A DNA stretch of 64,000 nucleotides from Gonapodya sp. JEL0774 (lineage: Eukaryota): contig JADIIX010000009.1 in NCBI GenBank assembly GCA_027604505.1, forward strand, positions 1-64,000, written 5' to 3'. Each line of letters starts with the position of its first letter. The stretch's first letter is position 1. The notes beneath the pieces were generated by a model. The model saw only the letters and a list, made by a program, of their open reading frames with translations. It was not told the origin of the DNA and searched no databases. Both the position numbers and the translations under genes were made by a program. Of the stretch, positions 22,501 through 33,949 are shown one piece after another.

Positions 22501-23240
22501 TCTTCCCCCCCGCCTCTCGCCCCTCCTCCTCGTCCACCACCACCTCGTCCTCCTCCTCCTCATCCTCGCCATACCCCGGCCCCACCACGAAGAACCCATA
22601 CCGCTCTCTCACGCCCACTCGGACCACGGCGCACACCACATCGGTGAGGACCCTGTGGGCCGGGGAGCCGAGGCCGACGGCGCGCATGGTGGAGAAGGTG
22701 CGGGCCGTGAGGAGGGTGGAGGTGGGTGTGGTATGGGCGGAGAGCAGGGCAGAGAGGAAGACGGGGGCGGCGAGTGAGGGGAACAGGGGGGCGAGCGAGG
22801 TGCGGACGAGGTTTTGCAGGTCGAGGAGGAGGACGCGGGAGGTGTGGGGGGAGCTGGCCGGTGGCGGGGGGGGGAGGCGGGAGGGAGCAGGGGAGGTTGG
22901 GGTTGTGGTGAGAGACGATACGGAGAAAGCCACACGGGGACCAACCGAGCCGAGATATATATGTACAACAAGGTGTGCCCAAGATTGCAATCTCCTCAGT
23001 TCCCATTGTGCTCCTTGTTGAACCCCGAACCCTGAACCCGTCCATGGTCCCATCCCACATTCCCCCCCCCTCCCCCCCGCTCATCCCCGCCCCCCTTTCC
23101 TCCTCCGCCCCACCCGCCATCGCTGCCCCCAACTTACACACACACCACATCCCACACCACTTGCGCACACCTCTCGATCCTGCCTCTGAGCGTTTCCAAC
23201 GATGCGGAGAACTCTTGCGAGACCAGACGGAGGCAGGCGG

Positions 23241-23279
<39 letters not shown>

Positions 23280-24067
23280 CGGGGTCGGCGGGGTCGTGGT
23301 CGTGGTCCTGGTCCGCGGAGAGAAAAGGGGATGGGAGAGATGTGGAGGATGGTGAGAAGGAGGCGAAGGAGGGAGGGATGAGCGGGGTGAGGCGAGACCA
23401 GGTGGAGAGGGTGGCGGGGAGGAGGGTGTGGGAGAAGAGCGTGGAGGTGCGGGCTGCGGGGGGAGGAGGAAGAAGGGGGGGGCAGGTGGAAAGGGAAGAG
23501 GTGAGGAGCGCTGACCCATCCACGAGCGTGTATGCCCTCCTCTACCGCATCCCAGCTCCACTCGCCCCACTCGTCCCACCCACCCATCCCACCCGTCCCA
23601 CCCACCCTCTCCCGTATCGTAGAGAGTGGGTCCATAGAGTGCGGCCGAGGGCAGATTGTTGTGACGGTGTGGTTTGGAAACACGGAGCTCGGCCATCACG
23701 GATTCCCAGATGGTGTGACGGAACCACGTCAACCCCAAAACACTCAAATGCCCACCTTGATACCAGGACAGGAGAGCCGGCAGAGCGTTGTGAGCGACGA
23801 TGGCGGCGAGGCAGGTACGGGAGAATGAGGGATCGAGGGAGGGAGATGCGGAGGGATCTGAGATGAGGGATTCGATTTCTGCGGTGATTTTGAGCCATGC
23901 CTTGATTTTTTTTGGAGGCGGGGAAAGGGGTAAAGAGAAGAAGATAGAGAGGAAGAGGGAAGGAAGGGAAGGGATGATTAGGAACAGAGGGAGGGAGCAG
24001 GGGAGAGAAGGAGACAGACTCTAGCGAGGTCCAGGGGGAGTGATTGAACTGATTTTTGGATGTCCAT
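19538..24067 (-). CDS. APC2: anaphase-promoting complex subunit 2 (cullin-like); spans an assembly gap
   Basis: Motifs RIEEFFDIVVVWPES, RRILHITATTSEVIMIY, YLRARPDTIRTI, RNLERLKLRVGEQNLHMCDVMIRDIEESNRID and ILSGLFWP. C-terminal winged helix (MLATHG...DGLYSLRK). The start MDIQKSVQ at 24067 is inferred from in-phase splice sites. Confidence 0.9.
21535..21544. other. assembly gap (10 N) flanked by low-quality poly-G/poly-C sequence
   Basis: N run; gcagcaaaa....gcttgacggaacgac appears on both sides of it. Confidence 0.95.
23242..23296 (+). repeat. (GGGGTC)n hexamer microsatellite, encoding DPDPDP in APC2
   Basis: Visible tandem ggggtc units. Confidence 0.85.
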
Positions 24068-24438
24068 AATAGGAACGGGGAAAGGGGAGTGGACTGCGGT
24101 CATGGAGGGGAGAGTGAAGGAGCAGGATGCATTGGTTGATTGGGATTTGGGGTGGGGGGTGGAAGTGAGGGGTATGTGCAGGTGAGTGACATCATCGGAC
24201 TGAGATTGGAGGGGACAGCTGGTTCTGCCAGACATGAATATATATAGTGCACTCTTAATAGCCGACTAGACTTGCGTACTACAGCTGGCCCCCCCTTTGG
24301 ACTCTTTGTGGTTGGGAAGGCGGTGACAGTGCCGGAGATGGATTGTGCAGACGAGCTGTGGTCACAGTGCCCAGTGGGACACCTGCCCCAGCACACATCT
24401 GGACACCTGGACCCCATCCATCCATCCATCGTTTCCCA

Positions 24439-25758
24439 ATGGCACCAAAGACAAAGACTGCCGGTGAGATGCGATACCAACTCAAATCATTCTCTGGACG
24501 GGATACCCGGACAGGACATGGGCGAACGGCCAAGGGAAAGGACAAGGCCGACACTTGGTGGTTGGTGGTGGCGGGGATGGAAACAGGCCAACTCGGGCAC
24601 ACAAGAAGACCCTCTTACAACTTTGCACGTTGGTGACGGAGGACGCCCAGTCTGCAATTGGCCGTGGATGCTCAATCTGCAGGTGGAATCGGCGACGGTT
24701 ACACGGGACGACTGCAGCTACGGTGTGAATCCATACGCACACACACTCACCCACCCCATTCCTCCTCTCTCAAGCACCGGCCCCCGCAAAGGCAGCCGCA
24801 AAGACCCCTGCCACAGCCAAGGCAGCCGCAGCGAAGAAGGCTGCCCTCAAGGGCACAGCTGGAAAGAAGACACGAAAGGTGCGTGAAAATTTGGCCTCTT
24901 TCAACTTTTTGGTGTTGGTCGTGGATGCGCAGGCCTCTGAGATTGCCAAGGCTGGACCAGCAAGGATCCCTGACCCCGTGATGGCCATGCCCTGTGGGTT
25001 GGTTATCTGTATAACCACGGAACACCTATCTGGTTTTCGGGACGACGGGAGTTTGGACCCACGAGATCCCCCTTCGAAGATCCAGCTATGATACCAATGA
25101 AAATATGACGAGGAGCTCGGGACAAAATCCCGTGGAGGGCTCAGTCGTCCGAGACGGAGAGACGGCTCACCCCCCCTTGTCACCAAAACCCCTCTCGCAC
25201 CCCACCCACCCACCCACCCAGGTCCGCACCAGCGTCCACTTCTTCCGTCCCAAGACCCTCCGCCTCGACCGCGCGCCCAAATACCCCCGCCGGTCCACGC
25301 CCCGGCAACCTGCCCTGGACCAGTTCAAGATCCTCAAGTTCCCCCTCAACACCGAATCGGCCATGAAGAAGATCGAGGAGAACAACACCCTGGTGTTCGT
25401 GACGGACGTCAAGGCCAACAAGAGGCAGATCAAGGACGCCGTCAAGCGCATGTACAATGTCGAGGCGGCGAAGGTCAACACCTTGATCAGGCCCGACGGG
25501 AGCAAGAAGGCGTACGTGAGGTTGACGCAGGATGTGGACGCGTTGGATATTGCGAACAAGGTGAGTGTGTCTTGTGTGTGAGGCGGGGGGCGGCCGGGGG
25601 GAGAGGAACGGGCTCATGCCCTTTCCCGTCTGCGCCCACCACCCCCATCTCGCCGCCCGCCCGGTCCTTGTGCCCCACCTCCCACCTTATCTCACCCCAC
25701 TCTCACTCCCTCTGCCTCGGCCGACTCCCCGCTCCCCCCCAAGATCGGCTTCATCTAA
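24439..25758 (+). CDS. RPL25: 60S ribosomal protein uL23 (L25/L23a)
   Basis: Exons 24439-24463, 24775-24878, 25222-25560 and 25744-25758. Protein includes [50 protein letters not shown] and ANKIGFI*. Confidence 0.97.
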
Positions 25759-26383
25759 ACGCCCCGGCCTGTGGAAGTGGAAGCGGGAAGCGGGAAGCGG
25801 GAAGGGGTCGTGTGTGTTGTGTGTGGTTGTTTCGGTTGGAAGGGTCGTCGGAGCAGTCGGTGAGGTTGGAGTGGGGACCTCGGTATCACATCCCTCGCAA
25901 GCCTGGAATTGCGCACATGAGATGGATGGTGGAACAGAAGAAGAGCGGGGGTTGGGGGGCGGGGTGCGGGGTGCGGGGGGTATGGCGTGGTTGTGCCGCC
26001 CGCCAAACCCCCCACCCCCTTCTGTCTGGTCCCCCCCGCCCCCCTATGTTTTGTACCCGTTTTCCAGTCTCATTATGCGTCGCTTATGTTTGGCGAGCGT
26101 GGAATATCATTTGCACATAATCGCTACGTTCGTACAAGGAGCAAATAAGTTCATGTGCCCAGAGTCCCCATGGATGGGAGTGGCTGTTTGCATGCCCAGG
26201 CAGGGGGACGCGGGGACGCCACGTGATACTTTCATCTCAACCACCTCGTGCACAAAAATGGTACACAACGGTGGCCCCGTGGTGGTATGCACAAAAACGT
26301 CCATCCGTCCTGCCCGTTTTACCCCCCCGCTCCCCCGGACCCGCTCCACCCCCACCCCTCCCATCCCCCTCCCATGCTCCCTG

Positions 26384-28200
26384 CTACCGTATATGCGTCG
26401 CATCCAACTGTGTAATCTGCGGCAACGCCAGCTTGACCTTCAACCTGTACGTTGCACCCGCGGTTTTCTGCACAGGGTTGCCCTCCAGGTACACCGTGCG
26501 GAGCGTGCGGATGGGACCGAGCTGGGATTCGATGGATGACATGGGACTGTCGATGCGGTTGGAGGAGGCCTGGCAGGGGGTGGGTGGGGAGGGGCAAGGG
26601 GGGTGAAAGGTGAGGGGGCCGGGGGGAGGGGTGGAAAGAACAGGTGAGATGTGGGAGGAGAGAGGACAAGGAGAACTCGCGCGGACGTGGGAAAAGGCAG
26701 TGAGACTCACCCAAAACTCTTCCAGCACGGGTAAGTGCGCGAGGTTTTCGATGGTCGTGACGAGGTTGCGGGTGATGTCGAGGACGCGGAGCTTTAGCTA
26801 AGGAAAAAAGGCGGGGAAACCCCCCAATTGAGCGACACCCCGTCAAAAGCAATAGGCAACAAGGTCGCACGGGGGGTGACCAGACCGGTACAGCCTACGA
26901 CCACTGGACCCACGTTTGTGGGCAGTACATCCTCCACCCTGTACCGGGTCCCGGGTCCCATGTGGTGGGGTGCCGCGCGGACCGGAAACTCACGTTGTTC
27001 TCCAAGCCCTCGATCTTTGAAATGGCGTTGTGAGACACGTACAGCTCCTCGAGGTTTTCGAGCTGGTCGAGCCCTTCGAGTTTCACGAGGCGGTTGGATT
27101 GAATGCTCAGGAGGGTGAGGTTTCGGAGGGTGTGGAGGTTCTGGGGGGTGGGGAGTGGCACGTGTGAGAACACAAAAAACAACGTACGAAACAGATGAGG
27201 CCTCCAACCACTGTCTCATCACCCACCCACCTCCAGTTTTCCTACTTTATTCTTCCCCAGCCACAGCAGTTCCAACCCGGGCACAGCTTCCAGTCCCGCG
27301 ATGGTGCGGATCCTGTTGGCGCCAAGTTCAAGGTTGGTGAGCCGAGGTACCTTGTCGAGATTTTCAATGGTGGAGATTTTGTTTTGCACGAGGTACAGGG
27401 TGGTGAGGTGAGGGAAGCTGGGGAGGGCCATGGAGCGGATGTTGTTGAAGGAGAGGTCGAGGACTCTGGGTGGGGTTGGGGAGACATGGTGGTGGTGTGT
27501 TTGCGGTTGTGTGGTGTAGGGATAATGGACAAAGTTGCAAGAGTAGTTGAGAGCGTGGAAACAAGAAAGGCACATTGGATTCGAGCACTTTGACGGTGAT
27601 GACGTACTCGAGGTTGGTCAAGGTGTCCAATCCCTGAATCTCGACCAGCCGGTTGTCGTAGAGCTCCAACTCTGCCAAAGACGTCAATTTCCCCACGACC
27701 GGTTCAATGGAGGTGAGGAGGTTCTGCCGGAGTCCTAGTTTCTAACAGGGTTGCACGTTTGTGGAGGTGTTGATTGGAAACTCGGGTGACGCCAAGTGCA
27801 GTGACCTCCTCACCTTCAGCTCTGTAAACCGTTCCAGTCCAAGATTTTCCAGCGTAGTTAGCCGATAATGTGTCAGCTGAATCTCCTGGAAAAAAAGAAC
27901 AAGTCGCGACGTCATTGTTGGGATCCGCTCAACGAAATCGTCCAGCAACACTCGTCGTCCGCTCCATCCCTCCCTCCATCATTTCCTCACATCCGTATCA
28001 TCCGGTAGCTCCGCCAGCACGTCTGCCTCGTGCGTCAATCGCTCCCCGGGCACTTCGACTTGGGTTTTCGAACTGTTCTGGTCGTTCTGCTCGATCTCGG
28101 TCGGGGATGTGGGCTGATCGTCTTCGACCGGGGTGGAAGGATCGTCATTGGCGCGTGTGGAAGAGGGCGAGGGGTCTTCGTTGGATTGCTGGGCCATCAT
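26384..28200 (-). CDS. SDS22: PP1 regulatory subunit Sds22 (leucine-rich repeat)
   Basis: SDS22-type LRRs (LAELELYDNRL, LDLSFNNI, LELGANRI, LWLGKNK, LSIQSNRL, LYVSHNAI). LRR cap TVYLEGNPVQ...YRLKVKLALPQITQLDAT. Confidence 0.92.
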
Positions 28201-28305
28201 TTCTTGGGCAAAAGACGACTCCAAAGCCAAGACTGATGTAAAGTCGGATAAAGTCAAACATCCGGATCGTACAAATCTGTGCACACATGTCGCTCCAGTA
28301 ACTCG

Positions 28306-29100
28306 ATGACCTCAAACGCTTCTTTCCTTACCAAATGTCGATGTGCGGGAGTTCCTTTCAGAGTCTGCTCTTTTCAGCCCATCTCTGGATTGCGGAGCGT
28401 GTCTTCCTCACCTGCAAGTTGGAGCAATCCACCAGTGACGTGTGCATCCAAACCCTCCCCGATCCCATACGCCAGGAAAGCGCTGGCAAATGAATGGAGT
28501 ATCGGTCAATCTGCTCGGCTTCGGCCATGTTCACCTTCACGCCTGCCACTGGAACCATCCCATCGCCGTTTCTTCCATATCTCTCGGGGCACTCTCGACG
28601 CTCCCACCAACCCTGAAGCCCCACCAGACCCCGCTGCGAAGCTTCAAGGCAAAACAATGATTGGCTTCACCTGCACAGTCTGTCACACCCGCTCTTACCA
28701 CGTTATGTCCAAGAAGGCTTACACGTCGGGAGTCGTCATCATCAAATGCCCTGGGTGCACGAAGAACCATCTTATTGCAGACCATTTGGGGTGGTACGAT
28801 TCACAGAAGACAGTGGGAACACTTGAGGATATTATGGCAAGGGCGGGGAGGAGCAACGAAATCCGGAGTGTTACTGTTGGGGTGGTGCCTGGTGGCCAGT
28901 CTACTGCGGTGACCAGGGAGAAGGACGGTGCTAACGACGGTGCCTCGATGGTGAATGCATTAGCTGGTGCCGTCTTCCATGAAGAGATGCAGGGCACACT
29001 TGAACTACTGCCGGAGGATATTCTGGAGCAAGAACGCGAACTCATTGCAAAAGCCTCTAGAAATAGATCGTCACCGGGTGAGACCAACAATAATCACTGA
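28306..29100 (+). CDS. ZIM17: mitochondrial Hsp70 escort protein (zf-DNL), Zim17/Hep1/DNLZ
   Basis: FTCTVC...SKKAYTSGVVIIKCPGCTKNHLIADHLGW after an S/R-rich presequence-like N-terminus. Start codon uncertain. Confidence 0.9.
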   Translation: MTSNASFLTKCRCAGVPFRVCSFQPISGLRSVSSSPASWSNPPVTCASKPSPIPYARKALANEWSIGQSARLRPCSPSRLPLEPSHRRFFHISRGTLDAPTNPEAPPDPAAKLQGKTMIGFTCTVCHTRSYHVMSKKAYTSGVVIIKCPGCTKNHLIADHLGWYDSQKTVGTLEDIMARAGRSNEIRSVTVGVVPGGQSTAVTREKDGANDGASMVNALAGAVFHEEMQGTLELLPEDILEQERELIAKASRNRSSPGETNNNH

Positions 29101-29237
29101 AGCAAGTTAGTTGTTTGTATTATTTACGAAATTAGGGTATGCAGAGGTCTCAAAGTCGGTGTATGGTACGTGGAGTGCTTCTAGCTCTAGCTGTCTCTCA
29201 TCTACAGACTGAGTTGTAGTTGTGCAAACGGGGCATT

Positions 29238-30325
29238 TCACAGTCGATATCGGGGCTTGGAAGGTTCGCCCATCGAAGAATTTTCTTGCCTAGAATGTCG
29301 ACAAAACGAGGTTACATAATGGTGAAGACTGCAGAGGGACCAACCCTCCAACAAGAACGAACCCGAATCGTCCAAGCGGTCTATTGAGGCGACACAGTCA
29401 GCATGGAGAACCCATAGATGACCTGTGGAGGAACTCGATAATGGTAAGGACAAGGAGAGATTCAATAGTTCTCAAATTCCGTTACCGTTGTTGCATGCCT
29501 GAAGACACGTTGTACACGGTTTGGTGACATTGTAGGCGACCGTGTTACCACAGCCAAGGCATGCAGCGTCTCTGATAAAGCAGCGGCAGGACACAGTGTT
29601 GTAATCTTCCCCGATAAGAGCGATTCCAAGAGGTGGGGAGTCCGTAGAGAAAAGCTCCACGCGGAGCTCACCGGGTTTGGAGGAGGCTGAGAGACAATCG
29701 AGACAGCATGGGTAAGTCTACTTAGATGACTCCAGATTGTGTGATTCTTTTGATGCTTGGAGAAAAACTAACCGAGCAGGATAGCTTTCATTCCTCGGTT
29801 GCACATGAGCATTGAGCAGTGTTTGCAGTACAGCTTGCATACTGCTTTACTTCGAAATTGCGGGTGGAGTGCCTGTTCCAATGTTGTCCCGATTTCAGGC
29901 CCCAGGCTCGGAGGCGGGAGGAGAGTGGGAGTTTCAGAGGGCGCAGATTGAGTCGCTTCATTATTACGATTTGCAGAGTGAGAGTGTGATTGATGTCGGG
30001 CTGCTATTTCGGTCTCTCGGGTTGTGCTCTCGTCATGGTTGGGCCGAGGTTGCCGGCGCTGGTGACGGCCAGCAGTAGAGACGCGTGTTTCATTGCGACT
30101 GGTAGATTCCGGAGGTCGCTGAGTCAGCCTAGACACAGCTGTTATAACAGGGCGCGAGCCGATGTGGTGGGACGAAGGAGGATTGCGAAGATTCTCCAGC
30201 GATTGCAGCTGAAACTGGAAGCGGTAGAGATTGCCAGAGGCGGTGAAACCATCGTGAGTACGCGGCATCAAAAGAGCGCTTTGCGATTGTAGACCAGACA
30301 ATTTGGTCATGGTGAAAAAATGCAT
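29238..30325 (-). CDS. FAM72: FAM72 family protein with low-complexity N-terminal extension
   Basis: Spliced exons give VCKLYCKHCSMLMCNRGMKAILL / ELFSTDSPP...CRCFIRDAACLGCGNTVAYNVTKPCTTCLQACNNG / HLWVLH. 5' and 3' ends uncertain. Confidence 0.85.
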
Positions 30326-30754
30326 GGGTGTGGAGGAAAGCGTTCGATGTGGTTAAAGATGTGATTCGCCCATAGCATCGTCGAGAACCGATGTACTCCA
30401 AGCAGAAAGCGGCAGAGCAGCATTCGGACGATGAGGCGAGTCCAAATGATTTCACCAATAATGCTCCCATTCAACCGGGAAAGTGCGGATGGCTTTGAGC
30501 GGCCGTTCGTCGACGTACTATGTTCCACATCGCCAACCGCTCGCACAGAACCCCGCCAATTACATGCATAGCACAGCTTCGTGGCAGAGACCCACTTACC
30601 TGGCGCCAAGTGTCCTGATGAGATTCGAGGATTTATGTTTTCTTGAGATGGATTCACACTTGGAGTGGGGCGCGGCTTTGGTCGACCTGGGAGCTCCCCA
30701 TTTTATCTTTTCGTCATACGAGGGTTCAAACCATTTAGATACCATCCAGGCACA

Positions 30755-33668
30755 ATGGGCAAGGCCAAAAATTCGAAAAAGAATGCGCGTACGGGAAACA
30801 CAGTACTTCCTACTCAAGGAATCTCCGCTGACGACACCGCGACTGCAATCACCAGATCCGAGCGAACGTTGCCAATAGTCTCCAAGGTAAGGTTTGCCCC
30901 AGTCCTTGACTTCCTCCTGACAAGTCGTGAACAATTCACAACGGTTTAGCTCCAATCTGCCAATGCGAATGATCGAGCTTGGGCTGCAGCTTCGTGTGCT
31001 CATCTCGCGTCCGACAAAGCTCTGCGGAAAACCTTGTTGGATCAGAACGTGATTGGATGGCTTATTCAATGTCTCTCAGATTCTGTGAAGGAGGTTAGGG
31101 TGGAGGCTGCTGGAGCTCTTCAAAATCTGAGCTCTGTCGAGGAATCCGAACTAGACAGCACCCCCACAGCAGGCGCACCAACTGCTGGCAGCAACCCTGT
31201 TCAACCCAACACCACCGGAGGCAATGTCAAGGAGACTATCTGTGCTGAAATGTACAGAAAGGACATTTTTACTCCAATCATGATTATAATTCGCGAGGTG
31301 CGTTCGCAGCTGTTGGCAGTAACTGGAATCCTGTTGACGCGAAGGTAAACGGTTCGGTCTCGGGTTGGCCGTAAAAGATACACTCCTCTCTCAAAAGTGC
31401 TCGGGATCATCTGGCAAATGTTGTGGAAAGCTCCAAGAAGGACAAACCATCTAAGCAACAGACAAACTCGGAGGTTGCCACTGGCCCCCCAATTCCCGAA
31501 GTGGAGCTCCCCACCGTCACCACCATTAGCTTAGCAGAAAATCTCGTATCGCTTATTTGGAATCTCTCCGAGGGCTCTGATAAGGCTCTCAAAGCTGTCA
31601 GTGCAAGCCCAGAATGCATTTCTTTCCTCGTGGACGTTTTTGAATTTGGTCAGGTGGTCGTTCCTGACAGTGGGAAAAAGGCTGGATCTAATCTTCCACT
31701 TATTGGCTTTGGACTTGTGAAAGCGTCCGGTAAGTGTCGCTTGCTGCGCGCATGTTGGAACGCCCCGTGTTTAACGCTGTCGTTGGAAAATTGCAGCAAA
31801 CTGCCTTGCATCTGTGTCCGAGGACAACCACTCTATCGAAAATCTGTTCAAGGCTCGCCAACAGTGGTTCTCTTCGTTAGGGAACTGGGCGCGCGGTAAT
31901 GTCACAATTTACGAAGGCACGACATCGCCAGAATCGATCAAGGAGGTTGCCGTGCTGACATGCTGTAAGAACTGCATTCTTTTTTTGGTAGTTGGACTTC
32001 TGACTAAAAGTGAGCTGCATTTTCTGTTCCGCGATCTCAAAGCCATCCTGTACAATGTCCGCAAAGCCGTTCCATCCTCTGGCCACTCTGAACTCCTCAA
32101 CCTCATCGTCTCCACTTCGTTTCACTGCGTAGACTTTTCCCTTGCTGCGGCTTCCGCAGCGCTGACAGAATCGCCCATACCCTCGACATCAACCCCAGCT
32201 ACTGCTCCCAGTCCTGCAGAGACCCGTAAACACTCCGATACCACTCAGTGGTCGCCCATTGCGGCTCAACTACGAGCTGCGCACTGTGCACTCGAGCTTA
32301 TCTCCAATGTCTGTTCGAGCAAGGACGTGCCTCTGACAACCGCGGCACCGACGACTGCAGGAGTTGCTGAAGACGCCGACAGCGGGTGGCAGGATATGGA
32401 TCAGGAATTCGCTGGTGCAGATGAAGAAGAAGAGGCTGACGACACAATGGAGGTTGAGGGAGATGTAGCCACGACCGTGGAAGACGCAACGGTGGATCCC
32501 GACGCGGATGGGGATGATGATGCGATGGCTGAGGAGGCAAATGCCGACGAGGATATATTTGCCGACGAGGATGATAACGCAGATTCTCCTGCTTCTCGAC
32601 GACTTTACGCCGGAGATCCCCGCTTCCTCGCACTAGTCAAAGTCTCCATTGTGGAAACGTTGTTCCGCCACTGTCGGGACCTAGCCCTCTCCCACGCAGT
32701 AACTCCAACAGCATCAATACCTTCACCTCCTGCAAGTGATTCTGGAGTTGTGGGTAGGACGGAGGTCGATGAATCTGCGTCGTTGAAGGAGCAGGCTACC
32801 CGTGACATTCAGGCTCTGCCTGGGCGTGTGTTGGCGGCACTCGCGAACGTTTTCCTTGTGGCATCGTGGTCGTGGATTCGAGAACATGACGTTGACATTA
32901 CTCAACTTTGGAGCACAATCTGGGCCATAGCGCGGAACGAGGTGGAGAGGGGGAATCACAATGTTGATACTATCGAGTCTTCTGTCGCCGCCATTTGCGT
33001 CGTGATGGAAAAGGTTCTTGAGTCCAGGAAAAAGCTGAAGGATGCAGCTCCCACAACCTTGGCTGTGGCGTTACCGTTCACTCTGTCGGAGGTCGAGTTG
33101 TTGGTTCGAATATTTGGCGGGGTGTCGTCTCTTCCTTTGATTCTTGCAGACCGTGCCGATGCCATTCGATGCAAATGCCTCTCCACCCTCACTCTCATGT
33201 CTGGTCCGATTCTGCTTCACAGCAGCGAGCGAACGGACCCCGACGTTATTCAGATAAATCGAACCGCTGGGGACTTGGTGATGTCGGTCATTGAGCATTT
33301 TAGTGTTCCTGGGGCTGATTGGAGTCTAGAGGTTCTCGCCGAGGGACTTGATTTCGTCTTTGACGTCTACGGAGACGTATCTTACCGATATGATAAGCCG
33401 GTCTTTGTGAACCTCGGCTACTTAAACCGTTTGAGAACCGTTTTTGGACCTTTAAGAAAGAAGGTGATTTGATGCTTCGCGTTTGTTGACTTATTAGGGA
33501 TTGTCCTCGCATTTCTATTCATCGTGCCATTTCTCACGACAGGTCAAGTCTGTGGATAAGCGCAATGCTCGCCTCAGAGAAGCAAGATTCAGGGCAGACG
33601 GTGCATTAATCAACCTGAACGCCTTTATCAAATACAAGGAAAAGGAATTGAAAGCTTCTTCCCAATAG
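30755..33668 (+). CDS. SYO1: symportin Syo1/HEATR3 (ARM-HEAT import adaptor for uL5/uL18)
   Basis: N-terminal MGKAKNSKKNAR, then LSDSVKEVRVEAAGALQNL and a long acidic loop. C-terminal FDVYGD..YD.PVFV...VKSVDKR...RADGALINLNAFIKYKEKE. Confidence 0.85.
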
Positions 33669-33778
33669 CCACGTAGAGCATCGTTCGTGTAATGTGAACA
33701 GATTCCCATGTCAACAGCACTTGCTTGCTGTGCCGCCCCAAAACCCTTGCTTTCGAACAAATGGAAATATATGACAAA

Positions 33779-33801
33779 AGAGAGAGAGAGAGAGAGAGAG
33801 A
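33779..33801 (+). repeat. (AG)n microsatellite between convergent genes
   Basis: agagagag run of about 11 units. Confidence 0.9.
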
Positions 33802-33949
33802 AAGCTGATGCATTAAGGGTTCTGAACCAAATAAAAGTACAAGAAAATGTTCCCAATCCCCAACGTCACCTTCATGCCCTTCATGTATGCATATGCTGAA
33901 TATAAATCGCCCCATAACCACCACCAACCTCCCATAACACTTCCCACTT

